The position numbers and the translations under genes are program-made. Shown piece after piece: positions 31,589 through 45,032 of a DNA stretch of 64,000 nucleotides; within the stretch, counting starts at the first letter, position 1; each line of letters starts with the position of its first letter. The DNA lies in assembly GCA_965112735.1 (NCBI GenBank), contig OZ218954.1:3968001-4032000 (forward strand), written 5' to 3'. Below the pieces are notes generated by a model. The model had not been told where the DNA came from. It made no database searches and was given only the letters and a program-made list of their open reading frames with translations. This stretch comes from Phaeosaccion multiseriatum (taxonomy: Eukaryota > Protista > Ochrophyta, other classes).

Positions 31589-33762
31589 GTTTACATCGAT
31601 AGCGATAGTAAGGGGATTTAGTTCATTAGACCTAGTAGCCGACAGGTATTCTTCACGCACCTCCCCTGACACCAGGCATCCACTCATGCACGCACTCACT
31701 CACTCACTCACTCACTCACCAGTCCTCCGCCAGCGGCCCGCTCCAGGGCCCCATGGAGACAATCATCTTATCACACTGGAGAGCCTCCCCGTCCACCTTA
31801 CGAAAGGGCCAAAAAAGTTTGTGTAAGGTGGGTACGTAAGATGACGTGAGCAGGTGGCGTAGTGTGAGTGAGTGATGCCGTAGAAGGGCCCAAAAAGTTA
31901 TGTACGGTGGGTACGTAGGATTACGTGAGCAGGTGGCGTAGTGTGAGTGAGTGATGCCGTAGAGTGTAAAGAGGGTGTGGCAGGAGAGGAATCGCCGCTA
32001 TTGTACCGTTTCGTTTCCAGACTCGGTATGGGACACAGAAGACTCCTGGGCTCAAGACTCACTCACGCATTCTAGCACTCAAGCCCTACCTACGTACCTA
32101 CCTACGTACCTCCCTCCCTCCCCTCCCTCCCTTCCCCCATATGCCTCTCACCATGACTGCTGTGAGCTTCTTGCCCTCGCTGCTCCCTTCGCCCTCCTCC
32201 ATCTGCACCCCTGTGACCTTGCCTATCTTGACTGTCGCTCCCTTCTCCTCTGCCGCCTTCATTAGCTTAGAGGTGATCTCCAGGGGGGTTACTTGGGCCG
32301 TATCTTCGTCCATTATGGAGCTGCGGCACTGCCCTCGCACGCACGCACACACACACATATTCGGACAGGCAGGCAGACAGATGCGCGCACACACACACAC
32401 ACATGCAGACAAGCAGGTAGATACACACACACACACACGCACACATGCAGACAAGCAGGCAGACAGATAGACGCGCACACGCACACACACATACACACAA
32501 CCCATGGTGAGAAGACGACGGAGAAAGAAGAGGAGAACAGTCCCAACGAGGCAGTAATGTACTTCCTTTCCTCTCTCCCCTCCCCAACCCCCCCCCCCTC
32601 GCCTCTCTGCTCTCCCACCTACCTCCTCCACTCTCCCCTCCCTCCTCCTGTCTTATGCCCCCTCTCCCCCTTTCTCTCTTCCCTTGTCTTCTCTTCTCTT
32701 TCCCCTCCCCTCTCCTCTCTCCTCTACCTTCTTGTCCAGCCAAGAGGCATCGTTGTCTCCTGCCCGGGGCACCTCCCCTCTGACGGACAGAGTGGGGATC
32801 TTGCGGTATGACTCGATATTCAGCGTCTGCCCATCAGTCAAACACAACAAACCAACCGACCATGCGAATGAGTGAGTGAGAGTGAGTGAGTGAGTAAGTG
32901 AGTGAGTGAGTGAGTGAGTGAGTGAGTGAGTGAGTGAGTGAGTGAGTGAGTGAGTCAGTGAGTTGAGTGAGTGAGTGAGTGAGTGAGTGAGTGGGTGCGT
33001 GCGTGCGATTCGACATCGACGGGGCCTCACCCGTGCCATTGGGAGGGCAAGAGCTAAAACATATTAGCTGAAACTGAAACTGAAACACACCCACCTTGGC
33101 GAGCTGCTCATGCATGTCGAAGCTAACTTCATGCATCCTCGTGGTGGGGCCTGACCCCCAACCCCCAGCCAGGAACCCTCCTGCCTTGCCACTCGCGGCT
33201 GCCGCGATCTTCTCACGCTCCACGACGATGGGCTTCACCCCTGCACGCACGCACACGCGAAGGGAGGATTGACGGGGGGGAGGACGGGCATTATGACACG
33301 GGCGGGAGCGCGCATGATGGATGCGACTGCACAGGGTGGAGGGCCACAGGACTAGCACATATTCCATGGAGTCTCCTCCTTCTCCTCACTCTGTGGACCA
33401 CCGGATATGAAGCAGGGAAATACAAATACAGGGCAAGAAAAAAGAGGACAGAGGTTGAGGGCCTGAGGACCGATCCAACGAACCGCTTAACCAGTCCCAC
33501 AAGGCCGACCGAACGTACCTCTGAGCGTCAAATGGTACGCAATACTGGCTCCCACGATGCCTCCCCCGCAAATGACGACCGTCTCCTCCGCCACGGCATT
33601 TGTCATAGACATTGTGGCGCGGGAGCTTGCCCCCTTCGTCTTCCCCATGTTTCTCGCAGACTGAACAAGGGGAGCGAACGCTGCTGCTGGGTGTGTGACG
33701 GCGGCCAACGAGAGGAGGAGGGAAACGAGTGATGCTCCTACCGAGAGCCGCGGGCTGTCCAT
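29670..33762 (-). CDS. FAD-dependent oxidoreductase of the DAO family (TDA3-like) with a predicted bipartite plastid presequence, ~9 exons
   Basis: Signal peptide ending AAA-FAP; [17 protein letters not shown]; [13 protein letters not shown]; TAQVTP; SMGPWS; [14 protein letters not shown]; [16 protein letters not shown]; [21 protein letters not shown]; stop at 29670-29672. Confidence 0.9.
31804..31963. repeat. ~79-bp tandem duplication, intronic
   Basis: AAGGGCC..GGTGGGTACGTA..ACGTGAGCAGGTGGCGTAGTGTGAGTGAGTGATGCCGTAGA x2 with a few differences. Confidence 0.85.
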
Positions 33763-33914
33763 CACGCTTACTAAATGGCTGCGTGGGATCGATTGGGATA
33801 ATCGCGTATGTGCAGCAGTTGGGCATCGCATTGGCGACGCTTCCTTTTCAAAGTGGGGGCCGCTGCCTGTAAAAAAGCCAAAAGCCAAAAAGAAGAGGAG
33901 GCCTTTGTAAATGG

Positions 33915-36900
33915 ATGGCGATGTTATCATCCGCAGCAGAGGGCTTCGAGGCGGAGAAACAGAAGCTGCTGCTGCTGCTGCAGAAGGAGGAGGAGGAGAA
34001 GAGAGGGGGGGGGGGAGCGGAAGTAGCAGACGGAAGCAGTGTACCCATGCCCCCTTCCAACGAGGAGGAGGCGGAGACAGAGTCGATACACCAAACCAAC
34101 ACCTCGGATGTGAGCCAATTGAGCCACCGAGCGAACACGTCAGACGTCTCTGACAACATGTCTGACATGACCCTTGATCGGATCCCCTCTACCAAGGACC
34201 TGTTAGCCCAGGAGAGGCCCCGAGCCGTGTCGAAGGAGAAGCGGAGAAGAGACAGTAACAGGACTAGTATCAGCAACCGCAGCAGCCGGAGTAGCAGTAC
34301 CAGCGGCGTTCGCTCCAAGGCCCCTGCAATGATAAGCCGCATGATGGCGTCAGCAACCTCGGCGGCTTCGTCTGCTTCCTCTTCCTCTTCCCCTGCTTCC
34401 TCTTCCCACATGGCACACGAGGACGACAAGAAGGCGTCGGCAGCGGCCATGTCGTACATTCAGAGGCGGAGGGCGAGCAGAAGCAGCCCCATCATGCCCG
34501 TCGATGGCAAAGGTGTTGCTGTTGGTGGTGGTGGTGGTGGTGGTGGTGGTGGTGGTGGTACCGGCAACAGGAATCACGGTGTGGCAGAGCCGCACACAGG
34601 CTCGGTGTCAGCGGCCATTGCTGCTGTTGTGCGACCCATGCCCTCGACATCAACTTCGAAATCAAAGTCGAGCCCTGAGCCGGCCGGCGTTGCTGAGGTC
34701 AGGGCCCCGAGCCGGGGGAGATGGGCCCGACCCGATGACGTCAGTGTCAGCAACGCCCCCCCGGGTAGCCCTCGCGCCCCTCGAAGCCGCAGCGTGCAGC
34801 CTCAAGGCATGGGCTCCCCTCCCCCTCCCCCTCCTCCTCCCGGGGCATTGGCGAGGGCTCACACCGGTGGTAATGGTGTTGGCGGCGACGGCGAAGGTAG
34901 CAGATGGAGCAGGTGGAGAGATGGAAACCGCTCCACGAGCCGGTCCACGAGCAGCCTCCGGCATAACGACGACAACAGTGGCCAGGGCAAGAGAAAGAGC
35001 AGGAGGGGCTCCAGTGTAGAGGGAAGGAAGATGAGAGGGAGGGAGGGTGGCAAGGACAGGGACGGGGCGGAGAATCGTCGGAGGGTTCTCTCGACTGCTT
35101 CAGCCTCTACCGCTGCTTCTGCTTCTGCTTCTGCTTCTGCTGCTGCTGCTCCTGCTGCTGGTGGTGGTGGTGATGGTGTTGGAGAGGGCACCACACACGC
35201 GCCAGATCGGAAGGGAGAGGGTGAGAGACAGAGGAGCCCCTCCTACGATGTCGACAAAGACGATGAACGCACAGGCATGAGTGACATATACACAGCCCAC
35301 TGCCTCGACACCTCCCCCCTCACCTCCACCACCACCTTTCAGTACGGGGGGGGTGGGGAGCACTATACGAGGGGTAGCAGCGCGCCCTTGTACGCGAGCG
35401 GGAGTCACAGTCTGAGTATAGGAGGAGATGGGGTAGCGGGAGGAGGAGGCGGTGACGGCGAGATTGTGCGGCAGAAGGACTCGCACAAGCAGGGAGGAGA
35501 CGGGGGAGGAGGAGTGGAGGGAGCAGGAGCAGCAGCGGCAGCAGCAGGAGGAGGAGGAGGAGGAGGAGGAGGGAAAGGAGGAGGCAGAGACTCTGGGGGA
35601 TCTGGGGGCGTCTTGCGGGGGCACTTGTTGTCCCTTTCGAGAGTGTTTCAGCGGAGCGGCGGTGACAAGAAGGGGAGTGGCAGCTCCAGGATAGAGGCCT
35701 CAGGCCCTTCACTCGACGCTGCTGCAGCGGCAGCCGCAGGCCCTTCACCTGACGCTGCTGCAGCTGCAGCTGCGGCTGCTGCTGCTTGGGAGGCTGGGGT
35801 GTCCTTATCGCCAACTCCTGCTGCTGCTGACGACTCTGCTGCCGCTACTGTTGCTCCTACTGCTGCGACTGCTGCGGCCAGGCAAGAGGAGGAAGGGGAG
35901 GAGAAGGAGGAGGGTCAGCAGCAGGAGGAGGGGAAGGAGCAGACGCAGCAGCAGGAGAAGGAGGACGAGGAGGACGAGGAGGACGAGGACGACGAGGGCG
36001 AGCAGGAGGAAGGGTGGCGATGGGAGCGAGGTCCGGGCTCCCCAACGCCTTTTCCGTGCTCGTGCTCCTGCGACGGCGTGTGTGTGTGTAACTGCCGAGG
36101 CAACGCCCTCACAAGCTCTGCAGCGTGTAACAGAGCAACAGACATCGGGGGTCTTGATCGCGGGCAGGTGTATCAGGTGAGGGAGGGAGGGAGGGAGGGA
36201 GGGAGGGAGGGAGGGATTCACTCAGAGAGTGGGTCAGGGACGGAAGGGACGACGGACAGACAACTTCGGGGCCTACGTGGGCCTACAGAGGACAAAGGGG
36301 GAGACGTACGTGGACCTACGTTGGTGGAGGTGGGGGCTGTTTGTTCTACAGTAGGTGTCTCGAGCTCTACGTCAGGAGTCGAGCTCTACGTCAGGAGTCG
36401 AGCCCTCTCTTTACGAGGGGTTTACGATACCCACTCATTCACAAGCCTACGGAGGCCTACGAGTAGAGTGAATGAATGGCCTCTTTCTCTCGTGTCGTGC
36501 GTTCTATGGATCTGAAACTTAAACTTACAGCCCATCCAATCTCCTCCCTCCCTCCCTCCCTCCCTCCTCCCTCTTTCCCGTCTGTCTCAGGTGCTCTTCG
36601 CGTTGAATGGAGAGAGGCAGGGCTTAGGGCCAGGGTCAGTGTCAGGGGTAGCAACGGACGCTGGTGCTGGTGCTGGTGCTGGTGCGGGTGGCGGTGGTAG
36701 TGGCAGTGTGAGTACCAGTGTGACTGCCACCACCAACCCCAGTGGGCCGAGCGGGACCCACCTGGGCATCGGCCTGACCATCAAGGAGGAGGAAGGAAAG
36801 CTCTATGTGTACAGCACGCCGAGGAGAGAGGGGGGCGGGATGGGGCTCGCAGAGGATGCAGGTGCGTGCGTGCGTGTGTGGGTGCGTGCGTGTGTGGGGT

Positions 36901-37710
36901 GCGTGGGTGCGTGGATTGGTGGATGGGTGGAATATCGGGTTGAATATCGAATGTTCGATGATTGTTACGATGTCGATACTCAATGATGGCGTCGATACTA
37001 AACGTTGATGTCGATACTAAACGTTGATGTCGATACTGAACGTTGAAGTCGATACCAAATCTTGATGTCGATACTAAATGTCGAAGTCGATATTAAATGT
37101 TGATGTCGATACTAAACGTTGATGTCATACGTCGATATCGTATATCGCAGGTGTGAGAGTTGGCGACGTGCTGGTGGGCATACAGGAGCTCGATCTTGAG
37201 ACAGATCCGTGGAGCCTCGCACAGCTCATTGCCTACATGGCGATTGCAGTGCACGGCAACGGACAAGGGATGGCAGCGCATGGCAACGGACCAGCGATGG
37301 CAGTGTACGGCAACGGACTCGACCCACCGGACCTAGACCGAGCGTCCAGGGGACACTTCCGAAGTAGTAGTGGCAGCAGTACTTATAGCAGTACGAGTAG
37401 TAATAGCAGCAGGAGGGGAAAGGGAACTATCCACGGCAGAGGCAGGGAGGGGGGGGATGAGAAGGAGGCGGAGGGGGAGGAGGAGGAGGAGGAGGAGGAC
37501 AGAAGAGGGAGCAGAAGGCTCAATTTCGGCACTAGGGGGGACGCCAGAGCGGACATGAGAGGGCCAGGGCACGCCACCATCCTCGTCATGCGTTTCAGAA
37601 AAGGTAACGACACCGGGCCCTACCTCCACTTGGCTTCGGAGCTGAAACTGCGCCACGGGGGTGATATGTGGCCCTTACGAAACGACCTGAGACCCTTACT
37701 CATTGCGCAA

Positions 37711-37742
<32 letters not shown>

Positions 37743-39643
37743 GGAGGGGGAGGAGGAGGAGAACGGTGCCCACAGCGGTCGAGTCGCTTCAGGCTCAGGC
37801 CCAGGCTCAGGCTCGGGAGGTCTGGAAGAAGACCTCGAGGAGGAACCGGTGAGGAGCAGATCTGCTTCCTTGTCAGGCTCCTTGGGGGGGATGGGCAAGA
37901 GCTTGGGTTTGAGTTTGAGTTTGCCGAGGGGGAGGAGCGGGGGGATCGGGAGGAGCAACAGTAGCGAGAATAGTGGAGGCAGCAGCCGGCTCCTTGCGCT
38001 GGCGGCGTTTGCCAATCGGACCTTCGAGACCGAAGTGGGGGATGATGAGGAAGCAGAAACCGCGGACGAGGGCGAGGCAGGCGAGGAGGGAGAGGGGGTG
38101 GGAGGGAGGAGGCGTGGGAGTGTGGGGGAGTGGAGTGCCACGTCTACTTCTAGTCGAGGGTCATCATCTCGATCGTCCCGACGGCCCGACGCCACTTCAG
38201 CCTCGCTCTCCGGCACGTTCCGTAGCGGCAAAAGAAGTAACGCTCTCTGGGCCGCCTCCGGAGGAGGAGGGTTGGTGAGGGGGGCGCATACGGGGGGAAG
38301 GGCGGGGGAGAGGGCAGCGCGACGGCTCAGGAAGCGCTGCAGAGCGACGGTAGATGCCCTTGTGAGGGGCGGGGTGGTGGCGAAGGGGAGCAGGCAGGGA
38401 CAGGCATATGGGCAAGGGGAGGCCCGGGAGGTGATGCGGCTCTGCCTGCAGGTGGAGGACAGGGCCTTGCAGTGGGCCACCGGGGAGATCACGCCAGGTA
38501 AAGGGGCGGGGGCGGACGGCAATGGATGGCAGTGAATGGCAGTGGATGGCAGTGGATGGCAGTGGATGGCAGTGGATGGCAGTGGGTAGGTATGATTTGT
38601 CAGGACAGTGGGGGTGTGGCAGTGGATGGCAGTGGATGGCAGTGGATGGCAGTGGATGGCAGTGGATGGCAGTGGGTAGGTATGATTTGTCAGGACAGTG
38701 GGGGTGTGGGAGTGGATGGCAGTGGATGGCAGTGGATGGCAGTGGATGGCAGTGGATGGCAGTGGGTAGGTATGATTTGTCAGGACAGTGGGGGTGTGGG
38801 AGTGGATGGCAGTGGGTATGTGGTGGGTGTGTGGGTGTCAGGACTGGGTGTGTGTATGTGTGTGTGTGTGTGTGTTTGTGTGTGTGTGTGGGTGTCGGTG
38901 TATCTCTCTGTGTGTGGTTCGACACGCCCCCCTCGCCTCCACTTCCCTCCCCCCGTCTCAAGCAGACAGACTCAGTTTGTTAACCTTCTCACAGACTCAA
39001 GCTCGTTAACCCCCGCACAGACTCAGTTCTTTAACACCCTCTATCGCTCTCCGCTCTCCCTCTTAACTCCATGGCACAGACGACGCCCCTCCCCACAGGG
39101 GCGGCGGTACCTCCGGCAGCATCGGTACCTCCGGCACCACCATCGGCGGTATCTCCAGCGCTGCGGCGGCGGAGGGCATCAAGCGCCTCTTCCACGGCCT
39201 GGTGTCAGGACAAGGGTCTGTGGGGCTCAGCGTCAGTGGGCTCAGAGAGGGGCTCCGAGAGAGTGTGGGGGGCGGTTACAGCGGTTACAGAAGCGCACTC
39301 GGCAGGAGGGGTAGCGACGGAAGCGTTCCTCCCTCAGGTGGCGTGGGTGGTGGTCTGGATGTGGGTGAGGTTGGGCTTCCCCCGGGGCAGAAGAGGCCCA
39401 ACCTGAGGCAGCGCAGAGCCTCGACTTCGGCCCTGTCGGACAAGCAGGCGAAGAACCAACATGAGAAGGACGCAAACCTCGAATCCCCTCCCCCGCCCCC
39501 CCCGGGTCTTCGTCGGCGTGATGTCAACACCCCAGGGGGGCAGCAGCAGGAGCAGGTGGTGACACAGCAGCAGTCCGAAGGAGGAGGGAAGGGAGGAAAA
39601 GATGGGTCCTCCTCGCTCCCCACCGACCACCCAAGTATCAGCC

Positions 39644-39674
<31 letters not shown>

Positions 39675-42600
39675 TCACACGGGCAGTCCTACCGCCAGTC
39701 ATGTGGGCCCCAGTACCGGTCCTACTCCTGACACCAGTACCGGTTCAAGTCCTGACACCCGGCCCGTGACGTACACCCGACGGCTTCGAAGGGCCCTCTG
39801 TGTGAGGGTGCTCGGCACGGAGGTGGATGGGGCCGGCCCCACTCTGTATGAGGTTTGGGCTATGGACCTGGAGTCGGGCTGCGATGTGAGTTTCAGTTTG
39901 GGGGAGGGGGGGGGGGGAAGGGGGGTTGATTTGGGGGTTTCAGTTTTTCCCTCTTCCTGCGTGTGTGTGTGTGTTGGGTGGGTGGAGTAAGGTGAGGTGG
40001 GCTGGGGTAGAGCATGCTCTGGAGCGAAGGAGCAAACCCTCTCCTGTCTCTTTACGACGAAAGAAAGTCCTTTGCTGCCTCCTCACTCTTACACTCCTCC
40101 TCCTCCTCCTCCTCCTCCTCCTCCTCCTCCTCCTCCTCCTCCTCCTCCTCCTCCTCCTCCTCCTCCTCCTCCTCCTCCTCCTCCTACTCCTACTCCTACT
40201 CCTACTCCTCCTCCTGCTCCCCCCCAAACAGTGGCGCATGCAGAAGCGTTACAACGAGTTCGTCACCCTCCACCAGACAATGACGTCACTCCTGCCCCCC
40301 TGGGTGGGCCGCCCCGCTCTCGACTTTCCCTCAAGAAGTTTCCTCATGGGGGGGGTGGACACGGCAAGCATGCTCCAAGAAAGGAGAGAGGTGGGTGAGA
40401 GTTTGACTCGAATTGGAGCTTCAGTGTGAGGTTCGGTTTGTAAACACTTTGTTAGTTTCGTCTGGCAGAGTGATTCGCGCAAGACACTCACCAACCACAC
40501 ACCCACGCACCCCTTCCTTCCTTCCTTCCTTCCTTCCTTCCTTCCTTCCTTCCTTCCTTCCTTCCTTCCTTCCTTCCTTCCTTCCTCCCTCCCTCCCTCC
40601 CTCCCTCCCTCCCTCCCTCCCTCCCTCCCTCCCTCCCTCCCTCCCTCCCTCCCTCCCTCCCTCCCTCTCTCCCTCCCTCCCTCCTTGCCTTCCCTCTCTG
40701 CCCCCCCCAGCGGCTGGAGATATACCTGCGGTCTCTGTCGTCTCTGCTGTACCTTCAGCCCCTTCACGCCAACGCGGCTCAGGCCACTTTGACGTTTCAG
40801 AAGTTCCTACACATCACCGTCGAGAGGCTTTCCTCCTTCAGGTCAGTGTGAGTGTGAGTGTGAGTGTCAGTGTGATTGTGAATGTGAAGGTGAGTGTGTG
40901 AGTCAGTGAGGTGGTTTGTACGTGGTGTCAGGTATAGTGGTCCATGGTTTGTACAACTGTACCTGGTCTCAGGTATAGTGTTACGTCGCACACTCTTTGT
41001 TCTCCTTCTCCTCCCCCCCCTCCCCCTCCTCACCCCCCCCCAACCCCTCCTTGCCCCCCCCCCCCCCCTCCTCCTCCTCCTCCTCCTCCTCCTCCTCCTC
41101 CTCCTCCTCCTCCTCCTCCTCCTCCTCCTCCTCCTCCTCCTCCTCCTCCTCCTCCTCCTCCTCCTCCTCCTCCTCCTCCTCCTCCTCCTCCTCCTCCTCC
41201 TCCTCCTCCTCCTCCTCCTCTCCTCCTCCTCCCCCTTGTCCTCCTCCGCCTCCTCCTCCTCCTCCTCCTCCTCCTCCTCCTCCTCCTCCTCCTCCTGCTC
41301 CTCCTCCTTTCCCTCCTCCTCCCCCTGCCTCTCCCGCTCCTACTGCTTGCCCTCCTCCTCCTCCCCCTTCTCTCCACAGACATCACCAGACCAGCAGGCC
41401 AGAGATGGCCCTGCGTCAAGTAGTGCAAACCCGAGTGTGGAGGTTGCTGCTGCTTCCCCCCATGGAGAAGCGCCTCAAGGAGCTTCGCAAGGTTGCACTC
41501 GCCGCCGTCGCCAACATGGCCCCGGGGGGTGCGGCCGCGCCCAAAGGTGGGTACGGTTATGAAACGCCATGTCAGTCACATTGGGACCAGCGCTCGCCTT
41601 TGTTTGCTTCCCGCTGTCTCCCTTCTCCGTCCTTCTGCTCCATTTTGTCTGGGCCCCGCCCTGCCCATATGCCTCTACACTGCCCTACCCTGCCCTCAGC
41701 TCCTCCTCCTCCTCCTCCTCCTCCCCATCCTCCTCCTCCTCCTCCTCCTCCTCCTCCTCCTCCTCCTCCCCATCATCCTCCTCCTCCTCCTCCTCCTCCT
41801 CCTCCTCCTCCTCCTCCTCCTCCTCCTCCTCCTCCTCCTCCTCCTCCTCCTCCTCCTCCTCCTCCTCCTCCTCCTCCTCCTCCTCCTCATCCTCCTCCTC
41901 CTCCTCCTCCTCCTCCTCCTCCTCCTCCTCCCCATCATCCTCCTCCTCCTCCTCCTCCTCCTCCTCCTCCCCCCTCCCCTCCCCCCTCTCTTCCATAGGG
42001 AGTCGACCTGGCGATGCCACTCTTGTCCGTCTGGACACCGTGATGCGCCAGCTACAGGGGTTGGTGGTACAGGCCGTCAGGGACGAACTCGTGGAGGAGG
42101 TGCACCCTGCCCTGCTTTGGCTCCGGGGGGGCAGCAGCCAACACAACACTGGCACTCACACTGGCACTCACATTGGGCAAGGACAGTGGAAGGGGGAGGG
42201 GAAGGGTCAGAGGGGAGGGGGAAGAGGACACTACTACAACCGTTACGGACCGCTTCGAACATCGCAAACCCTCTCCGCCTCTCGACGGTCGGGGTCAAGC
42301 AGGCTTTCCGACTCAGGTTTGAGGAAAAGTGGGAGGGAGAGGGGAGGTATGCCTGGCGGGAATGTGGGCAGGAGCAGGAGCAGGAGCAGGAGCGGGTCAG
42401 CAGCAGCAGTAGCAGCAGCAGAAGCGGCAGCAGCTGCAGTAGCAGCAGCAGCAGCAGGAGTATCTTCCGCAGCAGTAGGAGTTGGTGATACTCCAGAGAG
42501 CGCCGAGAAGAGCCGATACAGTCTCAACGATGTTGATAGTAAGGAGGACAAGGAGAACGGCAACGACGAAGAGGAGGAGGAGGAGGAGGAGGATGGCAGT

Positions 42601-43512
42601 GGAGAGGAGGAGGGGATGGCAGTGGATGGGTACGAAGACTCTGCAGAGGCGTACGAGGAAGTATCTGCGTTTGTGTTGGGGGCCATTCGTCGCCATTTGG
42701 AGGTAGAGATGTTCATGCCCTCCATGGCGCTGCTGGGCAGAAGGATGAGAGAAGAGGACGCCAAGGAGGAGGGGCTCGTGCAGGAAGGGCTGAGGTGAGA
42801 CTAGAGGCATACGGGGAGGGAGGGAGGGAGGGAGGGAGGGAGGGGGGGGGGGGGGGGGGAGGGAGGGAGGGAGGGAGGGAGGGAGGGAGGGAGGGAGGGA
42901 GGGAGGGATGAGGGAGGGAGGATGGGTGGAGGGGGGGGACGGACGGAGAAGCGGAGGGAGGAGCGATAGTACACGCCCTGCATGCCGTCCCTGTGCCCTC
43001 CTTGACGTACTGTGCCCCCCTTGACGTATGGTACAGGCTGCTGCGAGGCGAGCCACAGAGCTTCTTCGGCATCCCTGTTCAGAACATCAGCCCCAGCAGT
43101 TGGGACAGGTGAGTCGGGTACTCAGGAAGGAAGGAAGGAAGGAAGGACGGAAGGAAGGAGGAAGGAGGAAGGAAGATGGAAGGCTCACTACCTAACTCAC
43201 TGACTAACTGACTTACTAACTCACTCTCGTTCGTCTCAGCCACTCACTCTCTCCTCCCTCCTTCCCTTGTTCCGTCTCTTGCTTCCTTTTTTCCTCCCTC
43301 CTTCCCTCCCTCCCCCCCTCCCCATCCACTGCCATACCCCTCCCTTCGCAGCGTGACCACCCACCTACACATGGTCAGCAGTCTCTGCCTGCCCTGCGAC
43401 AAGCTCGACGCACTGCTTCTTGCAGCCAAGGAGATTCCCCTCCTGCACTCAGCAGAGCATGGAGAGGAGGACGAGGAGGAGGAGGAGGAGGAGGAGGAGG
43501 AGGAGGAGGAGG

Positions 43513-43550
<38 letters not shown>

Positions 43551-44090
43551 GAGGAGGAGGAAGAAGAGGGGGGGGGGGAGAGGGGGGGGGAGGACGAGGC
43601 GGAGGACAGGGGGGTAAGGAGTCCTTCTGACCCTTCCCTCGAGGCTAGAGTGGCTGGAGCAGCGGCAGCAGTTGGTGATACAGAAGCGGGAGGAGGGACG
43701 TCAAAGAGCACGAAGCGAAAGAAGCGGAAGAAGGGGGGCCCCGACAAGAACAAGAACAAGAAGAGCAAGAAGAAGAAGAAGAAGAAGAAGGAGAAGAAGG
43801 TACTCGGGGCGGACGAGTTCTTCCCTATTATAGTGTACTGCCTTGTGCAGTGCCGCCTCAGAGACGCCGTGTCGGTGTGCCGTATGATGGAGGCGCTGTG
43901 CGATCATGAAAGGCGCTTAGGAGAGACGGGCTATTACCTCGCCACGTTGGAGGCAGCGGTGGCGTTTGTGAAGGCGGCGGCGGAGAAGAAGAGGGCGGAG
44001 AAGGAGGAGAAGAGGAGGAAGGAAGAAGGGAGGGGGCGGAGCGGCACGCTAAAGCCATCCATTCACCCAGGGATTACTCTTCATTATTAA
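33915..44090 (+). CDS. Large multi-exon protein with PDZ-like, PX and C-terminal VPS9 (Rab5-family GEF) domains
   Basis: PDZ-like: LGIGLTIKEEEGKLYV..LAEDAG|VRVGDVLVGI. PX: LYEVWAMD..WRMQKRYNEFVTLHQ..FPSR..LQERRE|RLEIYL..FQKFL. VPS9: DKLDALL..LGADEFFPIIVYCLVQ..GETGYYLATLEAAVAFV. Junctions checked (e.g. 38497/39079) are in phase; the start codon is uncertain. Confidence 0.8.
36968..37126. repeat. 19-bp minisatellite (GATGTCGATACTAAACGTT), ~8 degenerate copies, intronic
   Basis: Direct reading. Confidence 0.85.
38521..38818. repeat. Compound minisatellite: (GGATGGCAGT)n blocks alternating with GGGTAGGTATGATTTGTCAGGACAGTGGGGGTGT, 3 higher-order units, intronic
   Basis: Direct reading; explains the 'WQWMAVDGSG' ORFs. 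Confidence 0.9.
40094..41970. repeat. Long (CCT)n and (CCTT/CCCT)n tracts at intron 3' ends of the VPS9 gene (40094-40213, 40512-40680, ~41068-41300, ~41700-41970)
   Basis: Direct reading; source of the poly-P/L/S ORFs. Confidence 0.9.
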
Positions 44091-45032
44091 TTAATTAAAT
44101 TAATATTAGGCTGACTGCCCAAAAGAAAAGGAAAGGGGAGGGGTGGTGACGTCCCGACCCGAAAAGCGACAGCCATTTGGCAGCGTATCGGCAAAAAAAA
44201 ATGCATCCGACCATCCCATGGATACAACAACGCCCTTGCTGAGAAGGGCAAATCTTTTGTGTGAAGAGGTGGTTCGACGACAACGGCTCTACCTCCGCCC
44301 GTCTGTACAGGTGTAGTGGTGTGTCGGGCTGGTCTAGCAGCAGCGGGAGCGAGGCTTGGATGGGTTAGCAGCGGACAAGGTGAGGCCCCTTGCAGAAGTG
44401 ACGGAGAGGTGACTTTTGGGACCCGAGCGAGACGGCGTTAGGGAAGTGTATGAGCAGCAGCTGTGGGAGAGAGACAGGACACGGTGGGGCTGGTTGGTGC
44501 TGTGCATGTGCCCCCCTCCGCCCCCTTTGCCCCGCGCCCCTGTCTCTTCACTCCCCGCAGCCTGGGCCCCTTTTTTTGGTGTCACTTGCTGGGTTCGCGG
44601 CAGGCTGATGTACCCGCCCGCGAACTTCGCCCTCACTCGCGTCTGCCGTCCACCACTTCCTCTACTGTTCCTCTCAGGTAGGACTGTCTCTGTAGCTGCT
44701 TCAACGAGTGAGAGAGAGACGGAGAAAAAGAAAGGGAGAGAGATAACACCAGCCTAATTTTCGCGAAAGAGAAGAGAGTTAGATGCAAAGCTAAAGACGC
44801 CCCAGCGGCGGCAGTTCTCACAGCAGTGAGAGCTGGTTGCTTCTGAGGCCATCCTCCAAAAACTTGAGGCATTTTTGAGCTGGGGGAGATTTCAGCAGGG
44901 AAGGGAGGGAGAGGGAAGAAAACGAAGACAAGAGGTTCTTCATCCCGGCACAGCGGGGCAGCAGCACCAGCACCAGCAGGTGAGGGAGAGTGAAGGCCAG
45001 GACGTGCGGGCAAGGTGGCGCCTTTTAGGTCC

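Noticed and set aside
36968-37126. 19-bp array as CRISPR or replication iterons
   Set aside because: No spacers; degenerate intronic minisatellite.
40894-42488. Poly-Pro/Leu/Ser/Arg ORFs (also 30354-30812, 52122-52981)
   Set aside because: Stop-free translations of (CCT)n/(CCCCTT)n intronic tracts.
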